DNA of 64,000 bases from positions 1 to 64,000 of IMG/VR virus record IMGVR_UViG_2765235997_000001. One strand, given 5' to 3'. The notes beneath the pieces were generated by a model. The model was given only the letters and a program-made list of their open reading frames with translations. It was not told the origin of the DNA and did no database searches. Below, in pieces: positions 19,801 through 28,362 of this stretch (positions are counted from its first letter, which is position 1; the number at the start of each line of letters is the position of its first letter). A program made the translations under genes and the position numbers. This DNA is from a virus (taxonomy: Duplodnaviria; Caudoviricetes).

Positions 19801-21236
19801 GCGGACAGGTTCTTCGTCTCAGCCTGCTGCTCCTTGAGCCGCTGCGTCGCCTGGTCGTAGGCGAGCTGGGCGCGCTGCTGCTCCAGCAATGTCGCCTTCG
19901 ACCCGGCGGCGGATACCGACTGGAGCCGGGCGCGGGCCTCCTGCACGTCAAGGACCGCGTCGCGTTCCGACAGTTGGGCGTTCGCCACCCGGTCGGCAAG
20001 CTCGGTGAGCTGCTGGGCGGCATCCCGGCGGGCCTGCGTCAGATCCTGCTGGGCCTGCCGGGCAGTGCGCTGAGCATCAGCCAACGACTCCTCGGCCCGC
20101 GCCACCGACTCAGCCGAGTCCCGCTGACGGTCCGCAGCCTGCTGCACCGCATCCGCCAGCGACTGCTGGGCCTGGGTCACCTGCTGGGCTGCCCGCCGGT
20201 TCGCCTCCGACGCCGACCGGACAGCATCCTCGACACCCTGCTGCGCCTGCGCAATCTGCCGGGCCGCGTTCCGGTGCGCGGACGCCAGAGCCTGCTGGGC
20301 CCCAGCCATCTGCAACGCCTTCGACGCACCCTGACCGGACGCCTGGGCCCCCTTCATCGTGGCGGCCGACGCCGCGTCCTGGGCGGCTTTCTGTGCCTGG
20401 AGGACACCGGCAATGCTGATGATCGCCGGGACTGCTACGGCGGCCAGGGCACCGACACCGACGCCAGCGGCGACCGCGGCAGAACCAATCGCACCGATGC
20501 CCGCGGCGAGCACGGGGATCGCAGGGATGAGGGCCAAGCCGCCGATCGCGACCGCCAGGTGCAGAATCGCTCCCACGGCGCCGGTGGTGTTCACGTTGAC
20601 CCTGGCCGTTTTGCCGTCGACAGCAGCGATCTGCGCGCGTACAGCGGTCAGCTCGGCGATAGCCCGCGCCGTGTCGGCCCGCACCTGCACGTTCGGGTGC
20701 CTCGCCCCGAGCCGGGTCAGCTCGGCCTCGATCAGTTTGATCTCGGCCTTCGCGGCGCCCGCGTCGATATCAATCCCGATGCGCTTGTTCGCGAGGGTCT
20801 CCATGCGGACCCGCAGCGCCTGCAGATCAGCGTCCGCCTCGGACGTGTCCGCATCGATCGTGATCTTCGGGAGGGAGCGGAATGCGGCCTCCAGCCGGGT
20901 CTTCAACGCCCGGGAGAAGGCCCCGCCCGTCTCGTCGCCCTGCCGGACCGCCGACGCACGCGCCGCCGCACCACCCTGGGTGACACCCTGCCGCAGGGAC
21001 CCACGGATCTCCGCAGTGATGCGGGACGCGATCTGCTGACCGATCTGCTGACCGATCCGGAGACCGATGTCGCCGACCTGCCCCTGCATCGCCGGGCCGA
21101 ACGACCGGCCCGCCGCATTACCCGCGTCCTGGCCGGCCCGCGTCGCGGCGGGTACCAGGGCCCGCTGGAGCTGCTGGTAGATGCCCCGGGTGTTCGGTAT
21201 GACGTCGACTTCGACCGAGCCCACGCTGATTGCCAC
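16800..21236 (-). CDS. tape measure protein with C-terminal NlpC/P60-like peptidase
   Basis: 1478 aa, Ala/Gln coiled coils, periodic Trp repeats; YQWGG..WDCSG...GHT. Confidence 0.92.
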   Translation of the reverse strand: MAISVGSVEVDVIPNTRGIYQQLQRALVPAATRAGQDAGNAAGRSFGPAMQGQVGDIGLRIGQQIGQQIASRITAEIRGSLRQGVTQGGAAARASAVRQGDETGGAFSRALKTRLEAAFRSLPKITIDADTSEADADLQALRVRMETLANKRIGIDIDAGAAKAEIKLIEAELTRLGARHPNVQVRADTARAIAELTAVRAQIAAVDGKTARVNVNTTGAVGAILHLAVAIGGLALIPAIPVLAAGIGAIGSAAVAAGVGVGALAAVAVPAIISIAGVLQAQKAAQDAASAATMKGAQASGQGASKALQMAGAQQALASAHRNAARQIAQAQQGVEDAVRSASEANRRAAQQVTQAQQSLADAVQQAADRQRDSAESVARAEESLADAQRTARQAQQDLTQARRDAAQQLTELADRVANAQLSERDAVLDVQEARARLQSVSAAGSKATLLEQQRAQLAYDQATQRLKEQQAETKNLSAEKRKADRAGVEGSDTVRAAQERIAAAEKEVADQGKALATARDEAARQNIRSQQDLAEAQEKVAESQRNVATTQADGARSVQRAQESLAAAQQSAAESVASAQRQVASAVQSAAGGVDQAAVAQAKYQAELAKLTPAARDTLNAFTSLRTAFTSWSKSLQPQVMPLFTRALIGLKNSLPGLTPFVLAAARAIGELQDRVSAGFKSPWWHGFKADLAGSVEPAIVGLGASFGRIFKGMGGIVQAFLPHMDSISHRMQEITGRFATWGTSLKGSEKFEGFLAYSSRMGPVLAKAVGDISSAFYQMAKAVSPLSGPVLKALGAVASAIAEIARELPWLIQLFYAVWIATKLWTLAMIAFNLVLAANPITLIIIAIVALVAAVVYAYKNFETFRNIVNAAWSGIQTAAVWAWNNVLKPVFSAIWAGLQTIGRWATWLWSNVLGPVFKFIWTAAKVLFTIVVVAVILPIVAAIKVLGAIAGWLWKNAIGPAFKQIAKDATWLWKNVLSPVFGWIGDKARWLWNNAVKPAFGAVKADMKAVGEGARSLWKNVIHPVFGWIGDRGKWLWNTALKPQFELIKKGLRAIGDSFRTTKNYIDEQWSKLAGIAKKPVTFIIDQVYNKGIRGVWNTVAGAFGAPKLDKFTGFARGGILPGRSTYRQGDDQLVPMRRGEGVYVSEAMKNPYERARLHAVNQAAMQGKPLSPYQGFAKGGIFDWVGKAAGKTVDLAKTGVSWLKDGIKGSAQAGLNKVVKPLLAKIAGSKSLYRDMVSGVPKKMISSILDFGGKADGKMEAAGIGGGGFKAGLKWARTQHGLPYQWGGNGNPSWDCSGLVSAIESVIRGQKPHRRWATGSFSGKTAPPGWQLGGKSPYMIGITNAGVGHTAGTINGVNVESRGGDGVVIGSRARSYKDNLFTHQYAYKGTYDQGGYLQPGLNLAYNGTGRPEPVFTTQQANALSRGTAGGPSRFEGDLYLDSGEFLGRVRGEAAQVVDGRFGELTQTLRAGRRP

Positions 21237-21255
21237 GGGAGCCTCCTCCCGCGCG

Positions 21256-21729
21256 TCAGGCCGCGCCTTCCGGGTTGAGCATCTTGAACAAGACCTCGGC
21301 GTGCTGATCCGTCAACTGCTCACGCTTCTTCGGAACACCCGCGCCGACTCCCGGCCGGCGCATCGGCTCCGGCCTCGACGGCTTACGGCCCTTGCCGTCA
21401 GAGTTCGCCACCACGGTGATGTACTGCAGCTCCCGCACCGCGTCCGTCAGACCGGCGACGAGTTGCTCCAGCACCGACCAACGGGCCTCTTCAGGCTTCC
21501 CACTACGGGCCTGCTCCTCGTACTCCTCCGGAGTCAGGGCATTCCGCAGGGCGGTCATCGTTGCCGACTCCGGTGGCAGCCTCTGAATCAGGACCCGGAG
21601 CCGGCGGGGCGACATCTCGCCCCGCCAGTAGGCGTCGATCTGGTCCTCGGGGTTGCAGTACCAGGCGAGATCGCCTTCTAGCGCCTCCGCGTGCGCCTCG
21701 ACGATCCGGCGGGTCCACGCGATTTCCCC
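21256..21729 (-). CDS. tail assembly chaperone, frameshifted C-terminal part (gpT-like)
   Basis: -1 frame open from the GGGGAAA site into MSPRRLRVLIQRLPPES. Confidence 0.8.
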   Translation of the reverse strand, partial: GEIAWTRRIVEAHAEALEGDLAWYCNPEDQIDAYWRGEMSPRRLRVLIQRLPPESATMTALRNALTPEEYEEQARSGKPEEARWSVLEQLVAGLTDAVRELQYITVVANSDGKGRKPSRPEPMRRPGVGAGVPKKREQLTDQHAEVLFKMLNPEGAA

Positions 21730-22094
21730 AGGCTCTCACCACCGCGGCGGGCGGCCTCCGCCACGAACGCCTCGAACTCGTCGTTCGTCGGGTCGATCTC
21801 GAAGTACAGGTCCAGGTCGTCCGGGTGGACGACCTGCTCGGCGAAGAACGTGAAGTTCGCGTTGGACAGCGCCGTCTGCCACGACTGCCTCCACGCCCCC
21901 GGCGGAACGATGCGGATCTCCTCGTCGGCGAGCATCGCCGTCACGAAGTGCCCCTCGGCCTCGATCTCCTGAGCCTCGGCCGGGGTCGCCTCGTCGTCGA
22001 AGTCGTCCCGAGTCACAGGGGCGAGCTCCCGCGGTGTACGGGCGGGACGGGCAGCAGTGGTCTTTCGGGCGGTGGTTCGGCTGTTCGCGGCCAT
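21678..22094 (-). CDS. tail assembly chaperone (gpG-like)
   Basis: Between the major tail and tape measure genes; ends ...ESLGKS. Confidence 0.8.
   Translation of the reverse strand: MAANSRTTARKTTAARPARTPRELAPVTRDDFDDEATPAEAQEIEAEGHFVTAMLADEEIRIVPPGAWRQSWQTALSNANFTFFAEQVVHPDDLDLYFEIDPTNDEFEAFVAEAARRGGESLGKSRGPAGSSRRTRRR
21723..21729 (-). other. programmed -1 frameshift slippery site GGGGAAA
   Basis: CTG GGG AAA; -1 frame continues EIAWTRRIVEAH... into the downstream ORF. Confidence 0.8.
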
Positions 22095-22186
22095 CGGCGC
22101 GGGCCTCCTCAAATCGTGGCGCGGGCAGAAGAATGAAGGGTGGGCGGGTCGGGCCCGCGCCAGCAGAAGTGACCCGCCCACCCAGC

Positions 22187-22774
22187 TCAGGAGCCCGTGT
22201 ACTCAGGGGTCACGGGGATCTTGTCGACGTGGTAGACCGTGTTACCGGCCGCGTCCGGGTACGTAGTGATCGTCCACTCGAAGCCCGACATCTCGTCCTG
22301 CTTGAACGTCACGTCGGACCGGTCGTTGATCTCGCCCTCAGGGATGTAAAACCCCTTGTAGGCGCCGCCGTCGATCACCAAAAACCAGAACGCGCGACGG
22401 TCCGGCACAGGGCTGGCCGTGTCGGCGTACTTCGTGATGCCGTCCACGTCCGGCTCGAACGCCGCCGCGGCCAACCGGTTCTGGAGGCTCATGACGGAGA
22501 CCCGGTTCGTCTCCCACACGGTCAGCCCGAATGTGCGGATCGACTGGGTGATCTGCGTGCGGAACGGCGACGTGAGACCCCACGGGGTGAACGTCTGCGA
22601 GTCCTCGTCGAACCCGTAGGTCAGGCCGTCATCACTGATGGCCCCCAGCGGCTCCCACGGAGCCACCGGCTGGTCGAGCGGCGAAGCGAGAGCAGAGGTG
22701 CCCACAGGCGCCACCCATCCCCCGCCATTTGCACCAACGAGCGCCAGGTCAGCGGCGCGGGTGATCAGGACCAT
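22187..22774 (-). CDS. major tail (tube) protein
   Basis: LGAISDDG motif, size, position; C-terminus ...PEYTGS. Confidence 0.85.
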   Translation of the reverse strand: MVLITRAADLALVGANGGGWVAPVGTSALASPLDQPVAPWEPLGAISDDGLTYGFDEDSQTFTPWGLTSPFRTQITQSIRTFGLTVWETNRVSVMSLQNRLAAAAFEPDVDGITKYADTASPVPDRRAFWFLVIDGGAYKGFYIPEGEINDRSDVTFKQDEMSGFEWTITTYPDAAGNTVYHVDKIPVTPEYTGS

Positions 22775-22845
22775 GATGAGTCTCCAGACATGGAAGAGCC
22801 CGCGCACGGGCGGGACAGAAAGGGCACGGCGCGGGCCCGGGGCGG

Positions 22846-23238
22846 TCAGGAGACCGGGTGAAAGAAGATCTCGTAGGTGCCGCCGACACGGCGGAGACCG
22901 ACGTTCTCGTAGGGGCGGATAGCCGGAAGGGTCAGGCAGCTGACACGGCCGATCACGGCGGTGGCGCTGGTGCTTCCCCGCACTGTGCGGGTCAGCCAGT
23001 TGTGCACCTCGATGGCCAGCGCGAACGCCCCGGCCCGGGAGGTGGCGTAGATGTTCGTGTCGACAAGGGCGCGGGCCAGCCGCAGCCCGTCCTCACCCCC
23101 GCCGGGGACCTGCTCGAACTGGATCGTCGGCAGCTCGGCAAGGAGGTTGTTGTCGAGCTCGTCACGGACCACAGCGGCGGGCCACACCGGGGTGGCTCTG
23201 CCGATCAGCTCCGCCTCGATGTCGAGAAGCGCCGTCAC
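22846..23238 (-). CDS. tail terminator
   Basis: 130 aa, immediately upstream of the major tail gene. Confidence 0.7.
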   Translation of the reverse strand: MTALLDIEAELIGRATPVWPAAVVRDELDNNLLAELPTIQFEQVPGGGEDGLRLARALVDTNIYATSRAGAFALAIEVHNWLTRTVRGSTSATAVIGRVSCLTLPAIRPYENVGLRRVGGTYEIFFHPVS

Positions 23239-23414
23239 GGAACCTCCTCAGCGAACTCACGGCCGTCGAGCGAAGCGTGCACGTAGACCCAAACGACCAG
23301 CCCACCGACCTCAACCGGGACAGCCTCCGGGCCACAGACGCACGACGGTTCCTCGCCGCCCGTCTCGTGCTCGATGAGATCGTCGAGCGGGGCGACATGC
23401 GCAGTCGCGGCCAT
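23235..23414 (-). CDS. small hypothetical protein (CVCGP...HASLDGRE)
   Basis: Overlapping start/stop with both neighbours. Confidence 0.6.
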   Translation of the reverse strand: MAATAHVAPLDDLIEHETGGEEPSCVCGPEAVPVEVGGLVVWVYVHASLDGREFAEEVP

Positions 23415-23746
23415 CAGCGACCACCGCCAGCCTGAGCAGCCCGCAGCAGCACATGGTGGGCCGGGACCCGCTCGGTGCCGTACTCCACCCACCGGGCGTA
23501 GTACGCCGTGTTCGTCACCGTCGCCGTCGCCCGGTCCTTGCGGCGGCCACCACGAGTCGTGGTCGTCACCGTGAACGACGACTTGTACCGGCCGGGGTGC
23601 GGATCCGACGGACCGCCGACCGGGGCGATAGCGATGGCCGCATCCTCGATTGCCTCGGCGCGACCCAGCATGTCCGCCTGGATCATCCGAGACCTGAGCA
23701 GCTGCCCGACACCCTTCTTGGACATCTTGAACTTCGCGGGCATCAT
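23414..23746 (-). CDS. HK97 gp10-like neck/tail completion protein
   Basis: APV...GRYKSS...YARWVEYGT motif. Confidence 0.8.
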   Translation of the reverse strand: MMPAKFKMSKKGVGQLLRSRMIQADMLGRAEAIEDAAIAIAPVGGPSDPHPGRYKSSFTVTTTTRGGRRKDRATATVTNTAYYARWVEYGTERVPAHHVLLRAAQAGGGR

Positions 23747-23774
23747 GACCACCTCGACTCACACAGGGGGCAGC

Positions 23775-24095
23775 ATGGACGTCAAAGGCGTCATGGGCAG
23801 CATCACCTTCGACGGCGAATGGATCACCATCACGAAGAAGGAAGCCGGCCAGCAGCAGCGCCAGTTCCGCATCCGGGCCGCCGACATCACCGGCACCCGG
23901 CTCAAGCCAGCCACCCGGTTGTTCCACGGCTACCTACAGTTCGTGCTCCCCGGCAGCGCACCCGCCACCGAAGACAAAGGCCTCATGGCCGGCGGGCGAC
24001 CGCCCCAATCCGACCCGCACAGCCTGTCCATCCGCCACGGCGCCAACGACGCTGCGGCGAAGCTGATGGCCGCAGTCGAGCAGGCCCGGACCTAA
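23775..24095 (+). CDS. DUF4429-like (PH-like) protein, antisense to the structural operon
   Basis: VKGVMGSITFDGEWITI...KPATRLFHGYLQF; GGGGG RBS. Confidence 0.7.
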   Translation: MDVKGVMGSITFDGEWITITKKEAGQQQRQFRIRAADITGTRLKPATRLFHGYLQFVLPGSAPATEDKGLMAGGRPPQSDPHSLSIRHGANDAAAKLMAAVEQART

Positions 24096-24454
24096 CCGGT
24101 CACCCGGTCCGCAGCGAACTGCACAGGACCAGCTGTGCCGGTGAACGGGGACTTCCCCCAGTCGCCTGGGAAACCGGTGACCTCGCACGTCTCGCCACGA
24201 ATCCGAACCCGGTCCGTGGTGCGGACCGAACTCCCCGGCGGGGCGTACACCGTGTACCCGACAATCACCGTGTCCCGGGCCTGCTGGTCGTCCCCGCCAA
24301 CCGTCGGATTCTCCGCACGCGGAGCCACCACGCAGCCCGGAAGGTCAAACGACTCATCCGGGCCCGGCAGCGGCTGACCGCGAGGATCACGACCTGGCGA
24401 GGTGCCGGTACGCAGAATGCGTACCGTCTCCCCATACGGGTACGGGGCAGGCAT
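24092..24454 (-). CDS. head-tail stopper/closure protein
   Basis: DPRG, TVYAP, DRVRIRG..EVTG motifs; position. Confidence 0.75.
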   Translation of the reverse strand: MPAPYPYGETVRILRTGTSPGRDPRGQPLPGPDESFDLPGCVVAPRAENPTVGGDDQQARDTVIVGYTVYAPPGSSVRTTDRVRIRGETCEVTGFPGDWGKSPFTGTAGPVQFAADRVTG

Positions 24455-24864
24455 CACGACCACCCCGGCTCGAAGACGTCATCGCCGAAGAAGGTGTCGT
24501 CGATCGGCCACGTCGGAGACGGATCCGCAGTCGAAGGGGTCGGGTCGACGGTGAACGCACCACCGCGGCCCGCGAGACTCTTCAGCGCAGCCTTATCCGC
24601 CTTCGTCAGATACAGCCCCCCGCTTCCGCTGGGCCGCTGCACCGACATCGGGCCGATCGTCTCGTAAGACACCTGCTGCGGATTGACGTAGGCCCGACCA
24701 GCGACCGACAAGACGACAGCAGTCGCCTGATCGGGCAGCGGCTTCACCACCGACTCGGCCAGCGAAACCGCCTGCTGGATCAGCAGGTCAGCCCGGTCGC
24801 CGTCGATCTCCGGCAACCCCAGGTACATGCCCAGCTGCTCGGCAGTCGGGGATACGAATGCCAC
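24454..24864 (-). CDS. head-tail adaptor
   Basis: RAYVNP...ETIGP...GLYLT motif. Confidence 0.8.
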   Translation of the reverse strand: MAFVSPTAEQLGMYLGLPEIDGDRADLLIQQAVSLAESVVKPLPDQATAVVLSVAGRAYVNPQQVSYETIGPMSVQRPSGSGGLYLTKADKAALKSLAGRGGAFTVDPTPSTADPSPTWPIDDTFFGDDVFEPGWS

Positions 24865-24873
24865 GGTGACCTC

Positions 24874-25905
24874 CTAGCGGGCCAGGCCCTCGATCGCGGT
24901 GCACCACTCCGCCAACTCGACGGACGGGTTCAGCTCGGCGGATCGGGCCTTCGCCCGCTTGCTGGCAAGCCGGTACTCCGGAGCGGTGAGGAGCTTCCGC
25001 AGCACCGCCTCGTAACCGTCCAGGTCTTCGCGGTCCACGAAAACCCCAGCCTCACCCAGAGACTCGGTCAGCCCCGGGGTTGGGTGAGCCACGACGGGGA
25101 TACCGCTAGCCAACGCCTCGACGCCGGCCCGCCCCCAAGACTCGTAGGAGCTGGGCATCAGCAGCACCTTCGTGCGGCCATACACCTGCTCCCGCATGTC
25201 CTCGCCCCGGACATGCTCGACGATCTCGACGTTCGGCAGCTCAGGGAGGATCTGCTCCCCGTAGGCGCCCTTCACGGCCAGGAACTGCTGGTCCGGCATC
25301 CGGCGAGCTAGTGCAGCGAGCACCTTGCCGCCCTTCTCCGGGTTGCAGTTGACCAGAGTGATCGCCTTGCCGGGCTTCGTCGCATAGTCCTCGGCGAACA
25401 CGGGAGGGCGCACGATCAGCTCGGACGCTGGCCGAACCGACTTCGGGAACTCGGCAAAGAACATCTCCGCCTCCGCCTGCATCCACTGGCTGTTGTAGAC
25501 CGCCAAAGCAGTCCCACCAGCAGCAGCGTCCCGAAAAGTCGGGCGGTGCGTGTTGTGACACACCACCACCAGCGGCACCCCATACCCACGGGCCAAGGAC
25601 GCCGTCGACGGCACCGTCTCCAGGTGCGACACCAGGACGTTCGCCCGGCGCACCGCCGTCGGGAAGTCCAAGCGGGACTCCAGCGGCACCACCTTGATGC
25701 CCCGGTACTCGTACTCCTCGTGGGCCTTCCCGTACCGGGACAGCCACACGGACACATCGTGGCCACGCTCCACCAACGGGCGAAGCATGCTGACGAGCAT
25801 GTGCTCGGCCCCCGCATTGTGCTCCGGAGGCATCGCGTGCACCCTGGCCACGATCTTCAGCGGCTTGGCGGTCCCGCCCGGCGCGGAGACCGGGACCGCA
25901 GCCAT
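24874..25905 (-). CDS. glycosyltransferase, family 4 (GT-B)
   Basis: AGAE, RGHDV, KG, PSSYESWGRAGVEA (EX7E), GIPVVA. Confidence 0.9.
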   Translation of the reverse strand: MAAVPVSAPGGTAKPLKIVARVHAMPPEHNAGAEHMLVSMLRPLVERGHDVSVWLSRYGKAHEEYEYRGIKVVPLESRLDFPTAVRRANVLVSHLETVPSTASLARGYGVPLVVVCHNTHRPTFRDAAAGGTALAVYNSQWMQAEAEMFFAEFPKSVRPASELIVRPPVFAEDYATKPGKAITLVNCNPEKGGKVLAALARRMPDQQFLAVKGAYGEQILPELPNVEIVEHVRGEDMREQVYGRTKVLLMPSSYESWGRAGVEALASGIPVVAHPTPGLTESLGEAGVFVDREDLDGYEAVLRKLLTAPEYRLASKRAKARSAELNPSVELAEWCTAIEGLAR

Positions 25906-26861
25906 CAGCTACCGCTCGGGGTGCCGGTGTACTTCACGAACGCGTCCGCGTCACCCTGCACGTAGCCGTAGTACGCCTCCGCCAGGAGGAGAACCAAATT
26001 CTCTTGGAACGCGCTGTGGACACCACCCTCCTCGTCGACGTAGGTCGCCTCCTTGGAGATCCGCACGGTGATGTCCATGCCCACCCCGTAGGCGGCCTGC
26101 GACCAGTCGCCGCCGATCGCACGCAGACCCGTGTCCGAAGACGCGGACTGCCGGCGCTGCTTGCCCGACACACTGCGCGAGTAGGCGAGCGGCTCACCGA
26201 TCAGGGTGCCCGCCGACGCCATCTGCGTCCCCGGGACCGTCGTGTCGACCAGGATCGGCCGGCCCGTGGTGTCCGTCGCCAGCAGCAGCGACGGCTTCAG
26301 CCGGTGGTCGGCGACGGTACCGGTGTAGTCCCAGTCCTCGTCGATGACCTCGGCCATGCCGTTGACGAAGTCCGCCCAGATACCGCCCTGCGCCTGCGTG
26401 GCCGTACCCAGCGCCACCGCATTGCTGGTCATGGCGAGGTAGTCGGTAAAGGGGCCGGTGGCACCCTTCATCGTCTTGCCGTGGATCGCCGCGTGGTCGA
26501 AAGCGCGGGCGAACGCCGTCGGGAGATCCGTCTGGAGCTGAGTCCACAGCCCGCCGGAGTTGGTCATGACGACCTCTTCGGCGACCGGGATGAGAACGGC
26601 CAACTTTTTCGCGGTCATCTGCTTCACGCCGACGGACGAGGTCGACAGGGGCTTCCGCGCCGCCTGCCCCACCCAGTCAGCGGTCGGAACGTCCATCGGG
26701 ATCGGCACCGACGTCGTCGCGTCCAGAGCCAGCGGCGCCTGACGCGCCAGCGCCATCACCGCCGACTGCTCGACGGACTTCTCGAAGATGGGCCCGGCCA
26801 GAGTCCTCGGCAGAAGCGCATCGTTGACATCAGAAATCTTCAGTGGGGCGGTGACCGCCAT
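25905..26861 (-). CDS. major capsid protein (HK97 fold)
   Basis: KLAVLIPV, GDWSQ, FQENLVLL motifs; C-terminus ...YTGTPSGS. Confidence 0.9.
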   Translation of the reverse strand: MAVTAPLKISDVNDALLPRTLAGPIFEKSVEQSAVMALARQAPLALDATTSVPIPMDVPTADWVGQAARKPLSTSSVGVKQMTAKKLAVLIPVAEEVVMTNSGGLWTQLQTDLPTAFARAFDHAAIHGKTMKGATGPFTDYLAMTSNAVALGTATQAQGGIWADFVNGMAEVIDEDWDYTGTVADHRLKPSLLLATDTTGRPILVDTTVPGTQMASAGTLIGEPLAYSRSVSGKQRRQSASSDTGLRAIGGDWSQAAYGVGMDITVRISKEATYVDEEGGVHSAFQENLVLLLAEAYYGYVQGDADAFVKYTGTPSGS

Positions 26862-26881
26862 GGTGTCCTCTTTCTCTGCAG

Positions 26882-27529
26882 CTACTTGAGCTGCGGCTTC
26901 AGCCAGCCGGCGAACTCATCGCCGGGTGCGGGGGGCCTGCTCTTGTTGGCACCGGACGCCTGAGTGCGGTCCGGTGCGGGACGCCGCGGGCCCTCCTGGG
27001 GCTGGGCCTTCGCCCAGTGCGGCTTGCGCTCCAACAGCGCCTGAAGGTCGGCCTCGATGGCCGCCTCGTCGATGTCGCCATCACCGTCGATGTACGAGTC
27101 GAGATTGAGCGCGCCGACCGCGTCCTCGGGATCCGTGAACGCTGGCCGATCCTCGGAGGCAGCCCCGGCCAGGGCCTGCACCCGAGCCTTCGCCAGGCGC
27201 TCGCGCGTCTTGGTGATCTGCTCGTTGGCCCGGGTCAGCTGGTCGTTGAGGCGCTCGGTGTCGCTCTTCTCCGAGTCCTTGATGCGCTGGAGCTCAGCAG
27301 CCGCCGGCTCCAGCTCCTTCAGACGCTTCCGGAGGTTCTGGGCCTCCGAGTTCGCCTTCCGGATCTTCGCCTCGGCCTGCTTCCGGTCGAACGGCTTGTC
27401 CTCGGTCTCCGCCTCCTGGGCGTCGTTCGTGGACTCGGTGCTGCTCTCCTCGGTCGCCGTCTCCTCGACGGTCCCCTCGGTGCCGGTCTCGGCCTGCTGC
27501 TGCTCGGTGCTCTCGGTCTCTTCAGGCAT
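26882..27529 (-). CDS. capsid scaffold protein
   Basis: Acidic N-terminus, coiled coil, KPHWA; upstream of the capsid gene. Confidence 0.85.
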   Translation of the reverse strand: MPEETESTEQQQAETGTEGTVEETATEESSTESTNDAQEAETEDKPFDRKQAEAKIRKANSEAQNLRKRLKELEPAAAELQRIKDSEKSDTERLNDQLTRANEQITKTRERLAKARVQALAGAASEDRPAFTDPEDAVGALNLDSYIDGDGDIDEAAIEADLQALLERKPHWAKAQPQEGPRRPAPDRTQASGANKSRPPAPGDEFAGWLKPQLK

Positions 27530-27606
27530 GACGAATCGGCCCTCCAGGGGCTGTCGAAATGAGAAAGGCCGCCACCAGGGCGACCACGTTGCGAAGTGAG
27601 CGCGGA

Positions 27607-28362
27607 CTAGCCGTGCTCGGCAATCGCACGCCGGAACCGGCGCAACTGATCGCCAGGAAACGGGGCGGCGTACTCGCGGTACAACCGGTCCCACTCCTGC
27701 GCATGGGCGGACAGCTCAAACCGCTGCCCGCGAAACACCGGGATCACGCCGCAGTTGCAGCCGTCGTGAGCCCGGAAGTCGGCGGTGTCCTGCGCGTAGA
27801 CCATGCCGCGGGCCGCCAGGAGCCGGCAGAACGCGCAAGCACCCAACGCAGCGGCGCGGGCGTAGCCGACAGCCATACGATCCTGCTGGACCGCGGCCTG
27901 CACAGTGCCCCTCCCCTGGTCCGTAACCAGCTTCTGGGCAACCCCCTCCGCCTTCTTCTCCGCCGCGTCCAACCGGACCTCCAACGGGGCCCGCTGGGCG
28001 GCGGTCGTCTTCGGGTCCTCCGAGTCGCGGGGCCACAAGTCCTTCGTGGCCCACCGCAGACTGTTGTCGACCTGCTCATCCGGCGGCGGATCCAGCAACG
28101 GCACCGTGAACCGGCCCGTCACCCGGGCAGCAACACGCTCCGCCTCGTAGAAATCCGCAGCCGCCGAAGCCGAGGCAGTGCCGTACTCGCCAACCAGGGC
28201 GCGCACAGCCTCAATCCAGTCCGGGACCGTCTCCTGCATCCGCGACGGAATGATCAGGCGGCGGAGCTTGCGCACATCCCGAACCAGCAGCCGTGACAAA
28301 CCGCGCTGCACCTGCCGCTGCCGCCGGGCACCCGCACTGTCATCCGAGACCAACGTCGCCAT
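27607..28362 (-). CDS. minor capsid/head morphogenesis protein (MuF/VG15-like)
   Basis: CAFCRLLAARG..Y...HDGCNC motif after portal. Confidence 0.8.
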   Translation of the reverse strand: MATLVSDDSAGARRQRQVQRGLSRLLVRDVRKLRRLIIPSRMQETVPDWIEAVRALVGEYGTASASAAADFYEAERVAARVTGRFTVPLLDPPPDEQVDNSLRWATKDLWPRDSEDPKTTAAQRAPLEVRLDAAEKKAEGVAQKLVTDQGRGTVQAAVQQDRMAVGYARAAALGACAFCRLLAARGMVYAQDTADFRAHDGCNCGVIPVFRGQRFELSAHAQEWDRLYREYAAPFPGDQLRRFRRAIAEHG

